DNA of 64,000 bases, taken from positions 124,001 through 188,000 of the forward strand of contig JAQGDQ010002382.1 of assembly GCA_030141605.1 (NCBI GenBank), written 5' to 3'. Numbering within the stretch: position 1 is the first letter of the stretch; every line of letters starts with the position of its first letter. Under the pieces are notes generated by a model. That model was not told the DNA's origin, ran no database searches, and worked only from the letters and a program-made list of their open reading frames with translations. The position numbers were made by a program, and so were the translations under genes. Origin of the DNA: Tubiluchus corallicola. Lineage: Eukaryota > Animalia > Priapulida. This document shows, piece by piece, positions 1-12,918 of the stretch.

Positions 1-406
1 ATACATTTTAACCATTTTTCAAAACTTATTAGAGATTCTTTTATTAATCATGTTTTACTGTAACACTATAAAGAGATAAAAAAGTTGAATTTGAATTGTG
101 ATATAGGACAGGTCTAATAGGAGCAGATGTCGTACAATGATATAATTTCAGCAAACATTCATAAGAAAATTAGCCGAATAAATAATAGTTTGAAACCATG
201 CTACACCAGTCAGTAATATATAAAGGATATGAAGAATATGATCCATATGCCAATATTATAATCTGCATTTATGGCACCACTGAAGTGTCATGTTATGCAG
301 TCGGGTCGTTGTTCTTTTGAATGAATGCCAGTTTATGGACATTTAAGCAATCGAGCTGCTGACAAACTAAAGGACAAATGTCAGCAGCTAGAACTATGAT
401 AAGATA

Positions 407-1480
407 AGATAAGATAAGATGATATTTATTTTCATCGGTATGATATAAACAGTACATATTTGTAAAACATGAGCTTAAAGCTCGTAAACCGATATCAAAC
501 ATAATGTATATGAGCGATAACATGGTAATAATATGTACTTCTTAAAATCTTTTGGATGCCACCAGAGGTATTGGTACAAGAAAAATTTATAACTACATAA
601 AAATTTTAGGCAGTAACATTTTCTAAAATTTACACAAAAAGCTATCCAGGTCAATAAAAAATTTTCCTGCCAACATTTCAGCATTTAATTACGACTTAAC
701 AAAATTGGGAAGTTCGCTGAATTTACAAATGGCACATTTACATGATACACCAGTCCATGACTTAATTAGACGTTTAAATTCCCCAAGATTTTCGGCCATT
801 CGGAGACAGTTTGGTAATTCATTCCACAATGTGGCTCCATAATAGGAGAAACTTTTCTTGCCATATGTAACACCATCATATGTAGGGTGTTCTGCAGTGT
901 TCATTTTTCTGAGGAAGTAGCGGTTTTGCTTTCGTTCCTCTCTATCAGTCCATAAAGATAGGACGGGCAGTTTTTGGACAAAATCTTGAATACTTCGATA
1001 GCAATGAGAAGTTGAAGAGACACAAAATTGTCTTTAAACAATAGATTTTCGTAGGTACTTTCAAAATCAGGTATGCTTTAGCTCCTTTCGACTGGCCTTC
1101 TTCCTTTAGCTTAGTTGATTAGCCCCGTCTTCATCTTTTTAGAAAACACATTTATCACAGTTTCACCACCAACATCAAATGCTATACTCGAAAGCAGATC
1201 TAACTGGTAATAGCTATAGTTTTAGTTCCGCTTGATTGTGCCAAACCATATGATCAGAATCAGCGTGCTTCCTCAAACGATACTTTCCTTCCAGCGAATT
1301 TCTCAACTCCCGTGCGCCATCTGCCGGCAGAAGTCGAAAAAATTTCGCGCATGCTGCAGGTATATTGAAGCTGCCTTGCTTTGCGAATTGCTGAAAATGA
1401 AGCTGTTTCCGTGGCAACGGCAAGGTGCGTGTTGGTGTGATCGCGTAGGGAATTACATTATTCCCGTTTTGGTTTGGTTA
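407..1480 (-). mobile_element. Degenerate LINE (CR1/L2 group) 3' fragment
   Basis: ORF 689-904 YGKKSFSYYGATLWNELP...LGEFKRLIKSW resembles the CR1/L2 ORF2 C-terminus. On the minus strand, AATAAA (about 426-431) is followed by a (CTTAT)n tail at 407-420. Upstream boundary is approximate. Confidence 0.7.
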
Positions 1481-2090
1481 TTGTTGTATGATATATGACA
1501 AAAAATGCAATAATGCTGATGAGCTTTTGTCACTTTAGTGAATTAACGGCCAAAACATGAAATGCAACAATTTGCTTATAAAGGTAGGCATTGTTTTGTG
1601 TCTAAAAATTCTTTTTATTCTTAAAGTTTTATTCTTATTCTTTGTACATAGTCATGTCCTTGTAATTATTGTTATCATAAATTCGGTATTAATTGTAATT
1701 ACTACCAGGGTTTGTCTCGGTGTACTCGCGTTACAAAAGTACGTATCATTTAGCTCAAGAAATAAAATTTGATTGCCTTATATAACCACTAGTACGCTTT
1801 ACTATGTGTTTAAAGCATTTGGATTAAACATGAAAAGGTTAAAAGTTTGTTAGTTTCGCATTAATAAATGCGCAAATTCACATTAACTACGAAGTAGGCT
1901 TATGAAAACCAAAAAAATACACTTGGATATGAATATGGGCTCTTTTTACAAGTCCAAGCATTTTGGCTCGACACAAAGTCTTAAATCCATGATACGGTAT
2001 CACATATATTCGCTACTTTATGAACTATAGGCCTACAGTATCATTCACTTTCCGATTGGTTTCAGAGCTACATTTGTTTTAATTAATCAT

Positions 2091-2473
2091 TAGGGGTGAG
2101 CATCGAACGTTCGAGTTCGAACTCGATTCGAATCCAAAACTGTAGATTCAAATAATTCAGCACTTCAATCACATATGTTCCTGATCACTAAAACGATTGA
2201 AACAACATGCAATTAGCGTAATTTAGCAGTGATTTCTGTGCACAATTTTAAACAAATTACTAGTCGTTTTATTGCAGAACAAAATCTAGTGATACACATG
2301 ATCTTTGTAAGACTAATTTTTACTGGTGGTTCGAAAACTTGTTCGAAAATCATTCAATCTCAATTCGACTTCAGTTCGAATTTGAAACACTGAAGTTCGG
2401 TTAGATTCGAATTCGAAAGTCAGAAATTCGGTTCGATTCGAATTCGCTTTCTGGTAGAGAATGCTCACCCCTA
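2091..2473. mobile_element. Non-autonomous hAT-like MITE
   Basis: Perfect 13-bp TIR TAGGGGTGAGCAT...ATGCTCACCCCTA. 8-bp TSD TTAATCAT (2083-2090) / TTAATCAC (2474-2481). Both arms carry subterminal TTCGA(A) repeats. Confidence 0.85.
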
Positions 2474-3299
2474 TTAATCACAAGCTGCTGCCTGCGCGTA
2501 GTGATTTAAGATGTTACACTCGTGACCAAAAGGTCGCCAGTTCAAATCCAAATTCAGTCAGGACTTTTATATTTCTTTCCTTCAGTTAAGTTTGTTCCAA
2601 AATTTTAACAACCTTACCTTTGCTGCATAAGTTTTGATAATCTTTAAACTGTGATCGTAGACAGTAAAAAATTGTTTATTTACTAAATAAACATCAACAC
2701 AAAACTAACAGCTGAACAGCTTACGTACTTAGTGAACTTTTTAAGAAAATCAACATTTTCATTATCAGTCATTTGCAGGTTACCAATTAATGCGATTATC
2801 TGAGGATATAAAAATGTTATAAAATTTGTTACATGATGGATTATTTATCATACAGAAGATGTTTTTGAAGTTCCAAAAAAAATTCAAAACTGTATATGTT
2901 AAACATATTAGAAACATCAGAATTGATATAAAGTAAGAATGATGAATTTCATTTATCTTTTTCATTTATATATACACTGGTACAGAGTAAAGCATTTTAC
3001 ATCATACATAAAATCAGTGTACAACCAGTCAGTGACAGACTGATGTACACTATGTACAGTTGTGTCAGTCAGTCTAAGTTAAAAATCATAAGAATAAAAA
3101 CATTAAAATACAACATTACATAACTACAAATTTATCTACATGACGACATGATAGTGACTTATGAAATATGGTAAATTTTAATATTTTTTGATACTTTTTG
3201 CTACTTTTTGCCATGCAAGTTTCCGTATGAGTCGCATATTTTTATAGTATAGACACTTATATTATGATGAATTTGTGAGTCTAGAGCGTTATGCGTTTT

Positions 3300-3950
3300 T
3301 GATATTCTCAATTATTGATGAATTCTACTTTATCGCTTTTATGTAAGGGTCTTTTGTGAGTTAGCAGTTTGTTTTTAGTTCTGTTTTAAACGTTGTTAAT
3401 CCGTCTTTTGATTTTCTACTTAAGAGTGCTGAATTCCATAAGTTGATTTTTGTTTTGCTTATCGAATTGTGTCCATATTTTTTGTAAGTAACTGTTTTAG
3501 ATTATAGGTGCGTTCGTTTTTATGTTTATCGGGGTAAATAATAAACCATTTTCTTTGAAAACTGGAATTATATCATTTATATATTTAAATAGAAATATTA
3601 AGGAATGGTAATAAATGTTTGATTCTATATTGGGTATTCTTAATTTTTTTCTATTAGTGGCTGAGTACATATGGTGTTAATTTATTTTCTTAGAAAAGTG
3701 GCCTAGTACATGTTTGAGCGCATAATTTTGAGTTGTATCTAGTCTACCTGTTTGGGTTTAGAAATGTTTTCAAGTAGATGGCAGCCATAAGTTAAATGAG
3801 GCATTATTAATCTTTTGTATATTAGTAGTTTGATTTCAATAGTAACTTTGGTATCAATAATAAGCTGTTTAAATATTAAACGTTCCCCAGCTTCCTCAAT
3901 TCCAGAGCTCTCTGTTCTATTTTTGTTTAAATTTAATTTTGCTTTCAATG
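3300..3950 (-). mobile_element. Highly degenerate LINE (Jockey/I-like) RT C-terminal fragment
   Basis: ORF 3739-3948 contains KLLIYKRLIMPHLTYG, matching the post-RT K.L.Y...I.P.L.YG motif. Boundaries approximate. Confidence 0.5.
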
Positions 3951-5015
3951 CGATCTTGACTTAAAGAAGCTGGTGTCCAAAAATAACAATGAAAATTATT
4001 ACACATAGTTTTTGTCAATTTTTTTTGTCATAAAGATGTAATATATTTTGTTTCAATGTATGCAATATTAATTGATTGCACTACAGCCCAACAATGATAA
4101 TGGTTATTACTGTGTGAGTAAAACTAGTAATTTTCTCTTAATAATTTGCTGTCCAAAAATTTAGATATATAAAAATTTAGCTGAAAGGAAGATGACAGTT
4201 ATAAGGCAACGACATTTTATATAACTGCTCGTGGACCAAGTGTGTTACATACCAGGTAATCAAATTTAAAAACAAATAAAACTAATAAACCATTAAATGG
4301 TCATAACCGTGGTAAAATCAGTGCAAAGGTACAACCCCGGATGATAAATGGACAATTTGTCAAAAACGAACATTTAATGACGTTTTCAGTAAGTAGGTAA
4401 ACGCAAAGAAAAGCAGCAGCTAATATATTTTATTCTATACAATTTTATGCTGTGTATAGTTTTTAGGCCACGCCTATGTAGGGTATAATTATATTGCAGT
4501 TCGGTTAATTACAAGTTTAGCAAGTTACATGCTGTACTTCTACTTGCAGTATTATTTATGATAATTGTCCATAATAACAAATGTATTGCAAATGACAGCA
4601 TAATGCTGCTTACCATCAACAAAGCTACAACGCTGGAATTATGAATCTGTTGTGTAACAGCTATGCAATACACACTGCCAAAGACAAACACTTGCTGGTT
4701 ACAGGTTATAATAATAAATAAAGAATAACCCATTCTTCAAGTTTCACTCGTTTTTCACTGTCATTTTCTGTTAATCTACCCAGCAATAACCCTAAATTAC
4801 ATGAGTCAGAGACACGTAGGGGTTTTTGCTTTTCTAGGCCAACGAATGCAGATCATTTTACCTAGATTATGACTGAGTAACACATTGTAGCCAATCTAGG
4901 TACTATTTAGTAATATTGTGCAATTTTTAAATGTTAGTTTGGACTTTAGAATACCCGTATGAATTAAGACAGCTAAATTAAGTAGCGCTGTAAATAAACT
5001 TGCAAGAAAAATATA

Positions 5016-5089
5016 TGGCCAGTACGGGGGTCGAACCCGCGACCTTAGCGTTATTAGCACCACGCTCTAACCGACTGAGCTAACCGGCC
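5016..5089 (-). tRNA. tRNA-Ile (anticodon AAT)
   Basis: Minus strand reads GGCCGGTTAGCTCAGTCGGTTAGAGCGTGGTGCTAATAACGCTAAGGTCGCGGGTTCGACCCCCGTACTGGCCA. It folds into a full cloverleaf with intact A and B boxes, anticodon loop CT-AAT-AA, and a downstream T5 Pol III terminator (5007-5011). Confidence 0.95.
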
Positions 5090-7084
5090 AAGTATACTAA
5101 CAGGAAAGCAATAAAACTTGCTGAAACATCGCTTACTAACAGATAGCAGTGCACATGCGCTTTCGCAATATGTACTATGCGCAGAATCATTGTACAGAAT
5201 TTATATCGCTCCCCGCGACCTACGTCGCTGGTTGTTCAGCTATTTACTAAAAATTGTTCTTGCATAGTGGCTGCAGTAATCGCTAGCCACTGGCAAATGT
5301 TACATTTACTGTGTTAATTATTAAGCTAATAATTTATTGTAGCTAACTACGTAGTGTGTTCAAATATTATCATATAAGAAGTTTTAACTTTCTTAAAAGA
5401 ATTATTAATAATTTTTATACGATTCGGCACACTTGTTCAAAGCCAAAATTCAGCATTTAGTCTAAGTTAGGTATAAGTGCTTTCAGTGCACTGTTCCTGC
5501 GACATAGGCCTATTAATTGTATTTATAGGCCTAATTATATTACTAAATCGAATAACAGTCAATAACAGTTCTGTGTATAACAATATAGGTACTACCTGGT
5601 ACATACAAAAGAAACAAAACTGAATTAAACGTTTATGAGAAAATAATTACCAAATGTCACGTCACTAGTTTAAACAGACAGAAGCACAAGTAAATAAAAA
5701 AGAAATCTGTAAAAAAAAATAACAAAAAACTTTGTTAAAGGCTAGTAATGAAAATTAATAAACCTATGCAAAAACCGTGATAAATGAAAGAGGAAAACAG
5801 GGAAGGCAAAACGAAAAAACGGCACCTATGAAGTGGTACTTTTTTCTGTCGTATTTATTCGAGATAATTACACTGATATAGGAACAAATTTTCAAGTTTC
5901 ACTCACAATTATCAACATAACTTATCTTGCCTATTTTAAATTTTTCTAGTGCTGATGACACCATGACGGCATAGGCGAACGGGCCGATTTTTTCAGGAGG
6001 GAGGGTAAGCCACTTTTGCCGGAAAAATTCAGGGTCACCTCCGCGTCGGGAATTGCCTCACCACACCCCATGATAAAAAAATGTCCGAATTTCGGGCACT
6101 TCATTTGGCAGCATGGAGAAATTGCGAGATTTCCTTTTATGAAAAATATTATTTTATAGTAATTTCGGTGCCCGAAAAAAATGTGTTTGCCCGAATCCGG
6201 GCGGGGGAGGCTGCAGACAAACAGCCACCCCCCACCCCCAACCCTTGCTCGTGCACGTCGGCTGTATTGTTTAAGAATTTTGTGTTAAGCCAATGATACA
6301 CGGCCGCCACAAGACAAACCGGCAGACGTCGGCCGTGATAAAATGACCGCCCAAATTAGACTACATTAATTTCAAATCAAAGATGAAACGCGGAGTTTAT
6401 GGAAGTGGCCGTGAAGACAGCAGCCGTTCTAAAACAGAAATGAGTTCTATTTTGTACAGTATGCACCAGCCGGCCAAGGGTTTTATCCAATCAGGGATCA
6501 GTATTCCAGCATTGGTTTTTGCTTTTCCCGCGACGTATTGTAACACGGTATGCATGAATGCTGTACGTATAATAGATAGATGGTTTATGTTAAGTGAATT
6601 TAACTTAAGCCTGAAGAATACTTGCATCATGCATTTAACAGAAGCCATGTAACCATTTAAACTTGATTTAATAAGTTCACTATTTTACTTGACAAAAATT
6701 CCGCAGTTTTTAGCGTAACCTTATGCAACGGTTCAATACTATGCAAGATGTATTTCCGTTTTTCCCACTTAAATTGTAATGTGATGGTCGATATCAGAAA
6801 ACTTCAGAATTTTTCAAAAACCAAACCGAATCGCGGATGTATGGCTGAATTTCAGTAGACTCCGGGCCAAATCAGGAGGATGGCAACCCTAGCAGTGATA
6901 CAAAAATTGAACTTAAAAAACAAGATAACCCACTAAACAATTGATTATAGATCTAAATTTCAACGTTAAAACACTACCCATGAGTACTTAAAACTAAACA
7001 GTGACGAAATGTTTGGCTGTACGGTCGTCATTAATGCTGCGCTCCCTTCTACACGGACGGCTGCGTATCAGATCTTTCGTTAGT

Positions 7085-8727
7085 TTGATTGAATGATTGA
7101 ATATCTTTATTGACATAAACATATGATAATAACGATGTAATAATTCATGTGTTAATTAATACTGTAAAATGTTATTAAAGCTGTTTCCAGCCCACTTGGG
7201 CTTACAAGTCAATTTCATGAAAATTTATCACATAATAACTGTGCAGTTCATTTACATAGAATATCAAATAAAAGAATATATATAATATGGAATTTTAACA
7301 TATACCTGAATGGACAAGTCATGTATTAAATATATATCTTGCTTTGCCTCATTCTAAAAATCTTATAAGCATATTTTGCAGTCCTAAGGACATTCTCTTC
7401 TGACATAATATATTTCCATTTATTTACATTATCTAATTGTTCCGGGTCCATGTTAATATCTTGGAAAAATTCTTCTCTCTCTAGTCTATAATGTGTACAA
7501 ACAAACATAAAGTGAGATTCATCTTCTACATCTCCACAGCAACATATCTTACACAAACGTTCACCAACCTTAACATTTCTAAACCTACCATGCTCCAGTT
7601 CCAGGGGAAGAGTACCACTTCTTAGCTTTGCAAGCACAGACCTGTATTTTCCTTGCATATTAATATAAACATATGGTTCTACTCCAAAGCTGTTCTTATA
7701 CAATATATATGTTCTAAGTTTAGGGTAATCTGCATTTTTTGCTTTCCAATCAACACATTGTTTCTCATACAGCTGTGCCCATGCTCTGCTAAGAGGTACA
7801 GTATCCATATTAACAAAAGCTTGCTGGAACCCTGCTTCCTCTAGGACTTTAGAAATTTCATATGACCAACCAACGTTGGTATTACAGTCCCAAAGAAATA
7901 TTCTCTTAACAAGTCTAGAATTATCAAGTGTTAAAAGACGATTCCAATACCTTATCATAGATGACTTTCTTCTAACTGAAGATGGTGACCATCCCATATC
8001 ACCCTGTATACATTGATTAGCAGCAAAATTATGAACACCAAGAAATATTCTTAATGCCTTATTCTGGACAGTATCAATTTTAGGGTACTTGTTATATCCC
8101 CATACTTCTGAACCATAATCAAGTATAGGACATACACCTGCATTGAATAACTTAGTAAAAGAATAATAACCCAGCCCATTTAACTTTTTATATTTACCAA
8201 TCAAGGCATCCAGTGCTCTACTGCCTGAGTCTGCCAGTACTAGTGCTGTAACCTTATAATCTAAATGTTCATTAAGATAAATCCCCAGATACTTATACCT
8301 ATCTACAGTGCTCAAAATCTGATCACTAAGTTTAAATAGTACATCAGTTTGATTCACTTGGGGTTTTCTGAAATGGACAACATTTGACTTTTTACTGTTA
8401 AATTTGATTCTCCATTTCTTTCCCCACTCAGTGATCTTATCTAACATTTTCTGAAGATCTTCTTCAGATTCTGCTAAAATTACAACGTCATCAGCATACA
8501 TTAAAATACAAATCTTATCATTACCAACAGGAATACCAATATTTAGGGACTTTACATCATCTGCCATATCATTTATATACCAGCTGAACAGGGTTGGTGA
8601 CAAAGTGTCTCCCTGCCTGACACCATATTCACATTTAAATTTATCAGTGAGGATACCATTTAGATTCACAGCACTATAGGTATCTGAAAGAATATTCTTA
8701 ATGCTGCTATACATTTTGCCATCCACT
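7085..8727 (-). mobile_element. 5'-truncated non-LTR retrotransposon (RTE-X-like) with 466-aa uninterrupted RT/C-terminal ORF (7326-8726)
   Basis: RT motifs GVRQGDTLSPTLF, YADD and YKYLG. C-terminal LRSGTLPLELEHGRF...RLCKIC...EDESHFMFVC zinc-knuckle region. The 3' UTR ends in AATAAA plus a short (TCAA)-type tail near 7085-7110. Confidence 0.9.
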
Positions 8728-8777
8728 ATTACATGTTAGTAATAAAATAATTTGTTCGTAATTTGTCTGTATTAAAG

Positions 8778-8895
8778 GAATAGCTGGTATTCAACATAGG
8801 GCAGATCCAGACTGCTACTTGTTGCAGAGCCAGAATTCAGACCACACCTGTTTGTCAAGGATAAACCTGTGAGACGAGATAGTGAAAAAATACAG
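8778..8895 (+). other. Probable 5' UTR exon of the Ly6/uPAR gene
   Basis: Flanked by tttgtctgtattaaAG and a consensus CAG|GTAAGT donor. The next acceptor ttctgtAG (9365-9366) lies 30 nt before the ATG. Confidence 0.4.
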
Positions 8896-9396
8896 GTAAG
8901 TAATTCTACCTCTGCCTGCATAATCAGATGCACACCGTGGATGTCTCTACGACTTAACCAGACTAGGTCCCTCAACGACTTAGCGAGAGAAATAACCTGC
9001 GAATGGCGCATCATTTTACTAAATAGGTCGAGTTCTATGACTGCTTAACCATGGCTTCGCATTATCTACGAAGCTCCATTTAACCATTATTATTGCCCTA
9101 AACATAGTCTGTTAATTTATTCATTATGATTCATAGAATCGGTTAGTAGATTATATTGATATTAAAGCATGTTTTTTGGTATCTGTGAGAAATTCACGAA
9201 TCCCACTTCAAACTTTTCAAGCTAATGAACATAAATAAATCAAAGTTCTTGTAACGCGTTTTCATCATTGATGGTTGCACAAATCATGTTGATGTCAGAT
9301 AGCAACACTTAACAAGTATGTCAGATAACTTAATTAATAAACATTTTCATTGTGGTAGTTCTGTAGATTGCTGATGCCGATAGCTTAGCCTTCAAG

Positions 9397-9451
9397 ATGT
9401 TTGACAAGAAAGTTGCTTTGTGTCTAACATTGTCCATTCTCTGGCTGCAAA
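9397..9451 (+). CDS. Ly6/uPAR (three-finger, quiver/sleepless-like) protein, coding exon 1: signal peptide
   Basis: ATG in aagATG context. Encodes MFDKKVALCLTLSILWLQ, followed by a phase-1 donor A|GTAAGT. Confidence 0.8.
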
Positions 9452-9692
9452 GTAAGTAACTCAGCATAAAAAAGTTGTTTTTGATTTTGGTAAATTTGCT
9501 AACCTTTAGTCGTAACTCAAGCCGGTCGCCTGATAGTGATTCGACTCTCTACTATAGACTTTATAATGGTGGTCAGAAAATACTAAATTTCAAACGTTGA
9601 CTCTCACGTTTTTATATAATTTCCAGTGTACTTCAGGACCGAGTAACGTCTACACTAGCTCAGCAATTTTGGAGGAGATAGATTATACAGAC

Positions 9693-9910
9693 AGAAAAAT
9701 ACTAATTTTAGAAGTTTAGTAGAAAAGTACTAATTTTAGAAGTTTAGTAGAAAAGTACTAATTTTAGAAGTTTAGTAGAAAAGTACTAATTTTAGAAGTT
9801 TAGTAGACAAGTACTAATATTAGAAGTTTAGTAGAAAAGTACTAATTTTAGAAGTTTAGTAGACAAGTACTAATTTTAGAAGTTTAGTAGACAAGTACTA
9901 ATTTTAGAAT
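9693..9910. repeat. 28-bp minisatellite, about 7.8 copies (AGAAAAGTACTAATTTTAGAAGTTTAGT)
   Basis: Direct tandem units with no spacers, in intron 1 of the Ly6 gene. Isolated similar units occur near 9574 and 10151. Confidence 0.95.
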
Positions 9911-10642
9911 TTTAAGTTTTATGACCGTTGTTAGGCATTTTTAACGCACAGCTATAGGTCAGATCCTACCTGCTGTGTAAGCTTTGTTCGAATCGTTTCA
10001 GAGATATCGGAGAAAGAGCAAACAAACACAAACAGTCAGACAGATAAAAATTCTAAATTTTGACTCCTACAACTTTTAGATAATTGTTCATTGTATCACA
10101 ATATCCAGTTGCGTCTTCACTACCTCAGGAATAGAGATAGATTTTGAAGTCAGAAAAGTACCAATCTTAGAAGTTGTTTTTATGCCGCAGGTAAGCGATC
10201 GTTGTCAGCATGGCCCCACAGTTTTTTACTGTATAACAAGTGTTCAGGCTGGCTTGGTTGCTTGCTTGGTTGGTTGGAATTGTATCAGCCGTCCCCGAGG
10301 AGTAGCGTGCAGAGGTAGGCAGGAAGGCGGGCGGACAGACAGGCGAACAGACTGATGCGACTGAGAATAAAAGTTGGCTAAGTTGTGTTGTCTAATAGGT
10401 TAATTAGAGAAATGATAAACGGTATGAAAGCAATGTCAAAGCTTGAAAAGTGCGAAGAGAGAGAAAAAAGAGAAAGAGAGAGACAGATAGAAAGAGAAGG
10501 AGAACAGAAAAGGGAATAGAAGAGATGGTAAAATAATAATTTTTTGTAGTAAAATTAACAGGTAAGTTGCAATTTATATCTGTCTGTAACAAATTATGGC
10601 TCACCTACTGAGACGGAACTAATGTTTATTTTTGCTTTGCAG

Positions 10643-10845
10643 CACTGTCATATACAACCGAAGGAAGCTCATCAAATGCAAGATATGGAATCCCTTTATT
10701 AGACTTTGAAGATTACTTGCAGTGTTATGAATGTGAAGTATCGTTTCGCAAGACGTACAATACGAATGATACCTGTTTTAGTGAAGATAGACTCATCAAT
10801 AGCAGCTATTGGGTATTTTGCCCGAAAAAGTACAATACCTGCCAG
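10643..10845 (+). CDS. Ly6/uPAR protein, coding exon 2
   Basis: Acceptor tttgctttgcAG. In phase with exon 1. Encodes ...DYLQCYEC...TCFS...FCPKKYNTCQ. Phase-0 donor CAG|GTAACT. Confidence 0.9.
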
Positions 10846-11049
10846 GTAACTACTATAGTTATTACTAATGTGTTATATGTGGGTCTTAAACGTCATAGTT
10901 AATATCTATCCTCTGGGTAATTTGCTTATGACTGTTCTTGCAGCTTCAAATTTGCATGTTACAGACATTTCTGCAGACAAGTTCTTTACTTTGCTGAGGT
11001 GACTTGAACTGCCCAAATTAATACTATAATTAATATTCAGCACTAAAGC

Positions 11050-11300
11050 AGGTTAATAGCTGAGTGGTGACGTTCGTGTGTCTCACGACCGAAGTTACGC
11101 AACGCTACCGCCTGGGCTCGAATTCGATACTTGCCCTTGGCCATATATCACTCTCCATAGTGTTTTTGGTTGCTGGCCTTGTGCTTTTGTATCAAAACAT
11201 GGCTAAGACGCCCCTTCTGGTTCAGTAGCTCACTTGGGTTGCACTTAAGGTTACTGACACGAGGTAAGACGCCGATCTCGCCATAAACACCACCTTAAAG
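11050..11300 (+). mobile_element. tRNA-derived SINE
   Basis: A-box-like TAGCTGAGTGG and B-box-like GGGCTCGAATT, followed by a non-tRNA body. No cloverleaf. Confidence 0.5.
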
Positions 11301-11631
11301 TGATCCCGCTGTTTAATGCTGCATTCCTGCTAGCATTGCTCCGCATTATGCAATACAATAATGTATGAGAAACTTATCATTGCTGTTGTTTTTCCGGCTA
11401 GTGAAGCGAATGATGTTGCACAACAAAGCCACGTTCACACCTCGAATTCGCTCCGGCAAATCAGAATTATACGAACCCTTGTGCAAGAGGTGACATGGTT
11501 TGGCAATTCGTCACTACACTTGCAACAAAAAGTGTTTATTTTATGCCTTTTTATTACTAATATCAAATCTAAAATTTATATCACTTTCAATTGGCATAAT
11601 TATTAAAATTTATTTTACGTTATTTTTGTAG

Positions 11632-11862
11632 ACGGAGAGAAGAGAAGTGAATGGGGTTCTTGTTCTCCTCCTGCGGAGATGTGCTAAAGAATGTGAACCT
11701 GGCTGTGAGCTGAGTGGTTATGGAGTGACAATAAAATCATGCATTTCCTGTTGTAATTCAACTCTTTGCAACGTGGACAATTTTGCCTTACTGATGTTGC
11801 CGTCCAGAACTACGATAACAGCAGTGCTGCTGATGTTGTTATATTATGAATATTTAATTTAA
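11632..11862 (+). CDS. Ly6/uPAR protein, coding exon 3 (CCxxxxCN motif and hydrophobic GPI-signal-like tail)
   Basis: Acceptor tatttttgtAG. Encodes TERREVNG...RRCAKECEPGC...SCISCCNSTLCN then a hydrophobic C-terminus. The joined protein is 162 aa with 12 Cys in the mature domain. Confidence 0.92.
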   Translation, partial: TERREVNGVLVLLLRRCAKECEPGCELSGYGVTIKSCISCCNSTLCNVDNFALLMLPSRTTITAVLLMLLYYEYLI

Positions 11863-12918
11863 TTCCATTTCGTTTTACATTTTATTATGGAAACTGCCGT
11901 ACACAGCTCATCCTTACATTATGCCCCACATTGCTGGTACCGTGCAACCGAGAAAGCACTTTGCAAAACGGTTTTATGAAATTCCATGTAGCATGTAAAA
12001 ATAGTAGAACCTCGACAATTAAATTTGTAACCAAACATACGTTAAATGCCGTAAACTCAATAATGTTTTTCAACTTGTATAAAACTGTTATAAAAATAAT
12101 GTACCCTGAAAGATGTACATTTTCATGTATTATCTCGTAAGATTATGAAAGGCAGCTAACGATAATAAACTTAACTAAAGACTGCATAAGTTGTATAGAA
12201 AATACAAATCTTAATTTTTATCAAAGTATCAATTGAGAGAAACGTTAGAATATGTGGGGATCTTTTTAAATTAATTGCTTTGTCTTCTTGTATGAAAATA
12301 ACTTCACTACTTTTTTGTTGTTGTCAGTTTTTAATATATTTAATATACTTTTGCTAATAGTCTACTAACTTCTTTTAATTGAATCACTTATGTAACTTGA
12401 CTGTACACGTGTGTTCGAAAATAAATGATGTTAATAATAACAGTTTACCTGCTAGTCATAATGTTGCTGCTTCTGTTACTGGTGCTGCTGATGACGATGA
12501 TAATAATAATGGTGATGACATGATGGCATGTATTATGGCACTGGCGATGATGATGACACGACTGTGATAGTGATGGTGAGAGAGACAGTGATGATGACTG
12601 AGATTATGGTGATGAAGACGATGAAGACAATGACGAACGGTGATTAATTTCTTCATTTTACTGGCAGCACCAACAATAATTTAGTTAATTTTGAGTTCAG
12701 TTTGGTATCATGATATTATGTTATTAAACTTTAGTAATTCTATTTAGATGTAACCATATTGTAGTATCATTTTACATTAAGAAAGATTATACATTATATT
12801 TTGTGTATACTTAATGTTGCCATAATATTTTGCGATAAATTAAACATAATTTCTTTTTCTCTATGAAAGTTAACATGTTTCCTGACGAATGCTCGCTGGT
12901 AAAAAACATTGGTGTAGC

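Noticed and set aside
9693-9910. CRISPR-like array (28-bp repeats)
   Set aside because: Units are contiguous with no unique spacers, there are no cas genes, and the context is a eukaryotic intron.
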